Below are positions 59,939 through 64,000 of a DNA stretch of 64,000 nucleotides, piece by piece. Below the pieces are notes generated by a model. The model was given only the letters and a program-made list of their open reading frames with translations. It made no database searches and was not told the DNA's origin. The stretch is from Phaeosaccion multiseriatum. Taxonomy: Eukaryota; Protista; Ochrophyta, other classes. The position numbers and the translations under genes are program-made. Position 1 is the first letter of the stretch. Every line of letters starts with the position of its first letter. The stretch is taken from the NCBI GenBank assembly GCA_965112735.1, contig OZ218958.1, positions 1,302,001 through 1,366,000 on the forward strand. The letters run 5' to 3'.

Positions 59939-62038
59939 CCACCACCAGCACCAGCACCAGCACCAGCACCAGCACCATCCACCACAAGAACAGCCTGGCA
60001 GTACGCTTGGGCCTGTTCTTATGCCTCGCTTCCAATGCAAATGCCTCCTACCTCCACTTACCAACGTCGACTTGGTCCAGAAAGTCGGAGCAGTTTTCGG
60101 GGGTGGAATACTCGACATTACACATAGTGCCCTCGAAGGTAGGCCAGCCGTGGTTGGAACCCCCCGTCACCACCCTCACTGCCTCCACCCTCCCCTGACC
60201 TACATCTCCACATACATAGTCGCCAGTGAGCCTGTCGAAGCTACACCTCCAGGGGTTACGCAGCCCCCACGCCCATACCTCCTCCCGCCCTTGCTCTGGT
60301 CGCCCCGCGTATGGGTTGGAGGGAGGGATGGAGTACAGCTCACTGTCAGAGGCGCTGACGTTTGTAGATACACGAAGGCGCAGGATCTTGCCATTCAGAG
60401 AGAAGGGGTCCTGTGAGTTGCCCTCCGGGTCGTTGCCAGAGCCTCCGTCTCCTGACGAAATATACAAGTCATACGCATGGTCTTCATCGTCGTCGTCGCC
60501 ATCGGAGGAGGCGGAGGAGGAAAGAGTCTCTGCCGGCTTGAAGAGGAGACTGCCCCCGTTGTGGTTGGCGGCGAATTGGGGAATGTGAATCATCTTCCGC
60601 TCTGTGGCGAGGGTTGCCACTGGGTCGGCTTCGCGGTACTGGAGGCGAGAGATTTGATTGTTCCTGGCGTTGTTGTATTTCGTCTCTTGGGGAAGGGTGT
60701 AGTCGATGAGACTATAAGATATGAAGAACATGCCCGTCTCGTTGAAATCCGGGGCGAAGGCTAAACCAAGCAAGCCCTGCTCCCCTCCAACCAAAAAGTT
60801 CTCCAGCATCTGTGAGTGGGAGGGAGGAGGGGAGGGAGGGAGGGACGCAGAGAGGAAGGGAGGGGGGGAGAGAGAATGAGGTAGGGAGGGGCGTCAGTGA
60901 CTGTGGTTCACCCCTAGAGGGGACGGAAGGGTGAGCGGGTGTGAGAGGGAGAGACGAGATACGCGAGACGACAGAGAGGGACGATAGAACAGAGAGAGAG
61001 AGAGCCAGAAAGAGAAGAGACAAGAGAAAACGTAAGGTTACGTACCGATATGTTGGCAACGAGGGTGCTGTTGGAGACGGTGGGCGAGTGCTCCACTTCC
61101 GTAATCTCTCCCGACTGAGATACGAGCCACCACGCCTCCTTCGAAGGGTGGTACACGGCATCCAGCACAGAGTTGGGCCGAGCTTCGCTGGTCAAGTTTG
61201 GGAAGATGTCCACAGCAAAGGCCACGTCCACGTCACTTGTAGCGTTAAAGGGGTAGCTGTAGTAGAGGTCTGGCATGTCAGCAGGCTCGGAGTGCTCGTC
61301 GCAGTAGTCTGAGGCGGAAGCAATGCCCAGTGCCTCAAGGTCCCTACTGCTACAAGCCTCCATATACTCCTCGCACCACTCGCGTTTCAAGGCAAAGGTT
61401 CCCCTCTCGAAGAGGTGCAGCGTCCAGGGGTGGCACTCGCCACACTCCACCTGTGTAGAGAGGGAGGAGGAAGAGGAGGAGGAGGAGGAGGAGGAGGAGG
61501 AGGAGGAGGAGGAGGAGGAGGAGGAGGAGGAGGAGGAGGAGGAGGAGGAGGAGGAGGAGGAGGAGGAGGAGGAGGAGGAGGAGGAGGAGGAGGAGGAGGA
61601 GGAGGAGGAGGAGGAGGAGGAGGAGGAGGAGGAGGAGGAGGAGGAGGAGGGGAGCGGATGTTGGGGTTGTCAAAGGGGGTAAAAGGGGTGAGAGGGGTGA
61701 GACAGGTAGCCTCTCTTGACTTGGGCGCTAAGAAGGAGTTAGAGGGGAGAGGCCCATAGAACCCCTGCCACCCACCCCTGCCTACTGACCTGCGCGTAGT
61801 AGGCCTGGCAGTCGTCGCTCAACCCCGACACGGCATTCTCCTCGATGATGCGGTCCTCCTCCTCATCGCAGCAAGAGCCGCCAGGCTCTCCGTCCACAAA
61901 GGTACAGTAGGACAGGGGTTGCTCTGCCGGATAAGAGAAGTCCAGGCACTGCGGGTGCCCTTGCACATGCTGCTGGTGTTGCTGCTGCAGCACCAGCCCC
62001 AGCACACTGAGCAGCACACCTTGAGTTGATGGTGACAT
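58260..62038 (-). CDS. HIPL1/HHIP-like protein (Cys-rich N-terminus + glucose/sorbosone dehydrogenase propeller), likely GPI-anchored
   Basis: Signal peptide then HPQCLDF..CC..C..ECHPW; GEQGLLGLAFAPDF, HNGG, GDGG, GKILRL, GLRNPWRCSFD, GDVGQ, SITGG|VYRG, YFFADY; Ser/Gly/Pro stalk and hydrophobic C-terminus. Confidence 0.92.
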
Positions 62039-62534
62039 GGAGCTCTCTCTCTCTCCCTCGGGTCTCTGAGCAGCTTGGAGGAACTGTCCCTGGCACTCCG
62101 CGCCCACCAAAAGGCCTTGGCTGGCTCTTCGGTCTCGCAGAAGCAGTCACACAGGGATACCACGGTCCTCTATCCTTGCTTCTTCATCTTCTCCTGTTGA
62201 TGCGCTTCTCTTCCCCGCTGGTGCCCCTGTGCTCCCTGGGTCCGCATGGCAGCGGTGACTTGCTCCTCTCAAAAGAATGCCCTGGCTCTCTCTCCCTGCC
62301 ACCTGCCACGAGTCTGGCTTCAACCAAGGTAAAGGGATACAAGCACGCCTAGATCCAGAGAAGACTCACGCACTTTCGGGCGCGGATGAGAGAGAGTGGC
62401 CGTGTTCCCGATGACTGGCCTGTTCGCGGGAGATCGATGAAAATTCAGTTTCAGTTTTCGTTTCAGTTTTCACGTGCGTTTCAGTTTCAGTTTCAATTTC
62501 ATTCGATGAAATATCCCGCCATTTTGCCTCTCTC

Positions 62535-62757
62535 TCGACCCCTGATGCATTATCCGCTATCCGCTATCGCCGGCGCCAACCGGCGCGCTATCCACTATCG
62601 CCGGCGCCAGCCGGCACGCTATCCGCTATCGCCGGCGCCAACCGGCGCGCTATCGGCTATCGCCGGCGCCAGCCGATCCGCTATCCACTATCGGATAGCG
62701 CGCTATCGAGAAAAAGAATGTGGGCGATAGTGCGTTGCGTCAGCCCTCAGGGGTCGA
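62535..62757. mobile_element. MITE with TCGACCCCTGA termini and ~30-bp internal tandem repeats
   Basis: tcgacccctga...tcaggggtcga; repeated gctatccgctatcgccggcgcca; TCTCTC on both flanks (low complexity). Confidence 0.75.
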
Positions 62758-63092
62758 TCTCTCCGCTCCTCCCTCCGTCCCTCCGTCCCGTCTCTCCGCT
62801 GCTGTCCTGCTGCTTTCTCATCGGCCCCTGCTATCACCGTGCCCCCCCCCGCCAGGCCAGGTTATGTGAAAGATTATGGGCCCCAGCAGGCCCCTCCACA
62901 GATCACACAGACACAGATGAGGTTGATTGCCCTCCAGCAAACGGTATACAGTTATTGTATTATACAGTTATTAGCCCCCCTGCCCTCCAGCAACCTCACC
63001 ACTAGACCCCGACAAGGTTCGCACAAAAACTCAAACGTGGGAACCCGGAACCTAGTGTCGATGTCGACTTCTATGATGTCGATTCTCGATTT

Positions 63093-63184
63093 CTAGGTCA
63101 GCGCAGCTGGGAAGCTGATCGCCGGGAGCCCTACTCCTCCTCCTCTTGCATCTTCTGCCTGCTGCTGTTTCTGCTGTATCACCA

Positions 63185-63224
<40 letters not shown>

Positions 63225-63567
63225 GGCTCCTCTGGCCAGAAGCTGCGCCTTCTCCATGTCCCTCTCCAGCCCTCTCAGTGTCCGCTCAATGAGTCCCGCC
63301 TGGGACGATACTGCCGCCCTCTCTGCCTCGGCATTGCGCCTCTTGTTCCGCTGCTCACTAAGGTGTATGTCAATGAGGGCAAGCTCGTCGGCAAGAGCAG
63401 CCATCTTCTTTTCCACCTCGCGTCGCGTATCCACGAGATGGCGCTCCGCTGCTTCTGTGGCCTGGTGGGTGGGGTGGGGTGGGAGGGGAGGGAAATGCCA
63501 CCGAAAAGAGCCAAAGAGATGGAGAGAGACAGAGAGGGAAAGAGAGAGGGAGGGAGACAGAGAGAGA

Positions 63568-63662
<95 letters not shown>

Positions 63663-63940
63663 AGACAGGGGCGGTCGGGGGGGGGGGGGGCACAACTCGC
63701 AATCAGTCAGCAATGTGAAGTGTGAAGCATCGTGGAGACACGTATGCTCACCGCCAAGTCAAACAAGAATGAACAACACGTTGACTACCCACCCACCCTC
63801 CCCCCTCTCTTTGGGTCTTGCTGTGCGCCCTCCCCTCACCCCAACGCACCCCTCCCCGCCTCACCTCGACTCTGCGGTCCGCCTCCTCCTCCTCCGCCTT
63901 GCTGTCTCCAAGCTCGTTCACAAGGATCCGATGTCTGAAC
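63093..63940 (-). CDS. 3' exons of a coiled-coil protein continuing beyond the window
   Basis: Exon ..[21 protein letters not shown]|gtgagg and terminal exon [23 protein letters not shown]...PAALT*. Confidence 0.6.
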
Positions 63941-64000
63941 ATGAGGTGGACGTGTGGGCGTGTGTGCATGGGTGGGTAGATGGGATGTTGGGTGGTTGGG

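Noticed and set aside
49712-61759. Poly-Y/L/S/C/N/E/P/G ORFs
   Set aside because: Triplet microsatellites, mostly intronic; the poly-Glu at ~50670-50850 may be exonic but is unresolved.

Overview
Eukaryotic, intron-rich, microsatellite-rich DNA, probably from an ochrophyte alga (two genes start with signal peptide + AF/GF plastid-type presequences). Almost all ORF-track entries are spurious; the real genes must be assembled from short GT-AG exons. The main discovery is a pair of paralogous + strand genes built from micro-exons. Gene B (30403-39379, 19 exons, about 640 aa) looks intact: signal peptide, Cys-rich 19-aa repeats (one 57-nt exon each), thrombospondin type-3 (TSP3) Ca-binding repeats, and a C-terminal GDP-motif (VWD-like) domain. 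Gene A (<1-18483) is a tandemly amplified, 3'-truncated version. Its modules are phase-symmetric at three nested levels, cassette number changes through intronic (TG)n tracts, and the repeat exons diverge almost only by amino-acid changes while adjacent introns stay nearly identical, as expected of a diversifying recognition or adhesion system. Between the genes lies a nested transposon pile: a P-element-like DDE transposase with a PHD finger, interrupted by an 836-bp fold-back mosaic and a rearranged Copia with inverted LTRs, followed by a truncated RLE-type LINE. The right half has an intronless FNIP-like repeat gene, SLC45/SUT-like, YchJ-like and HIPL/HHIP-like genes, an OTU-like ORF preceded by a G-U-biased hairpin, and MITEs. 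All assignments come from manual reading and motif recall; no searches were run.
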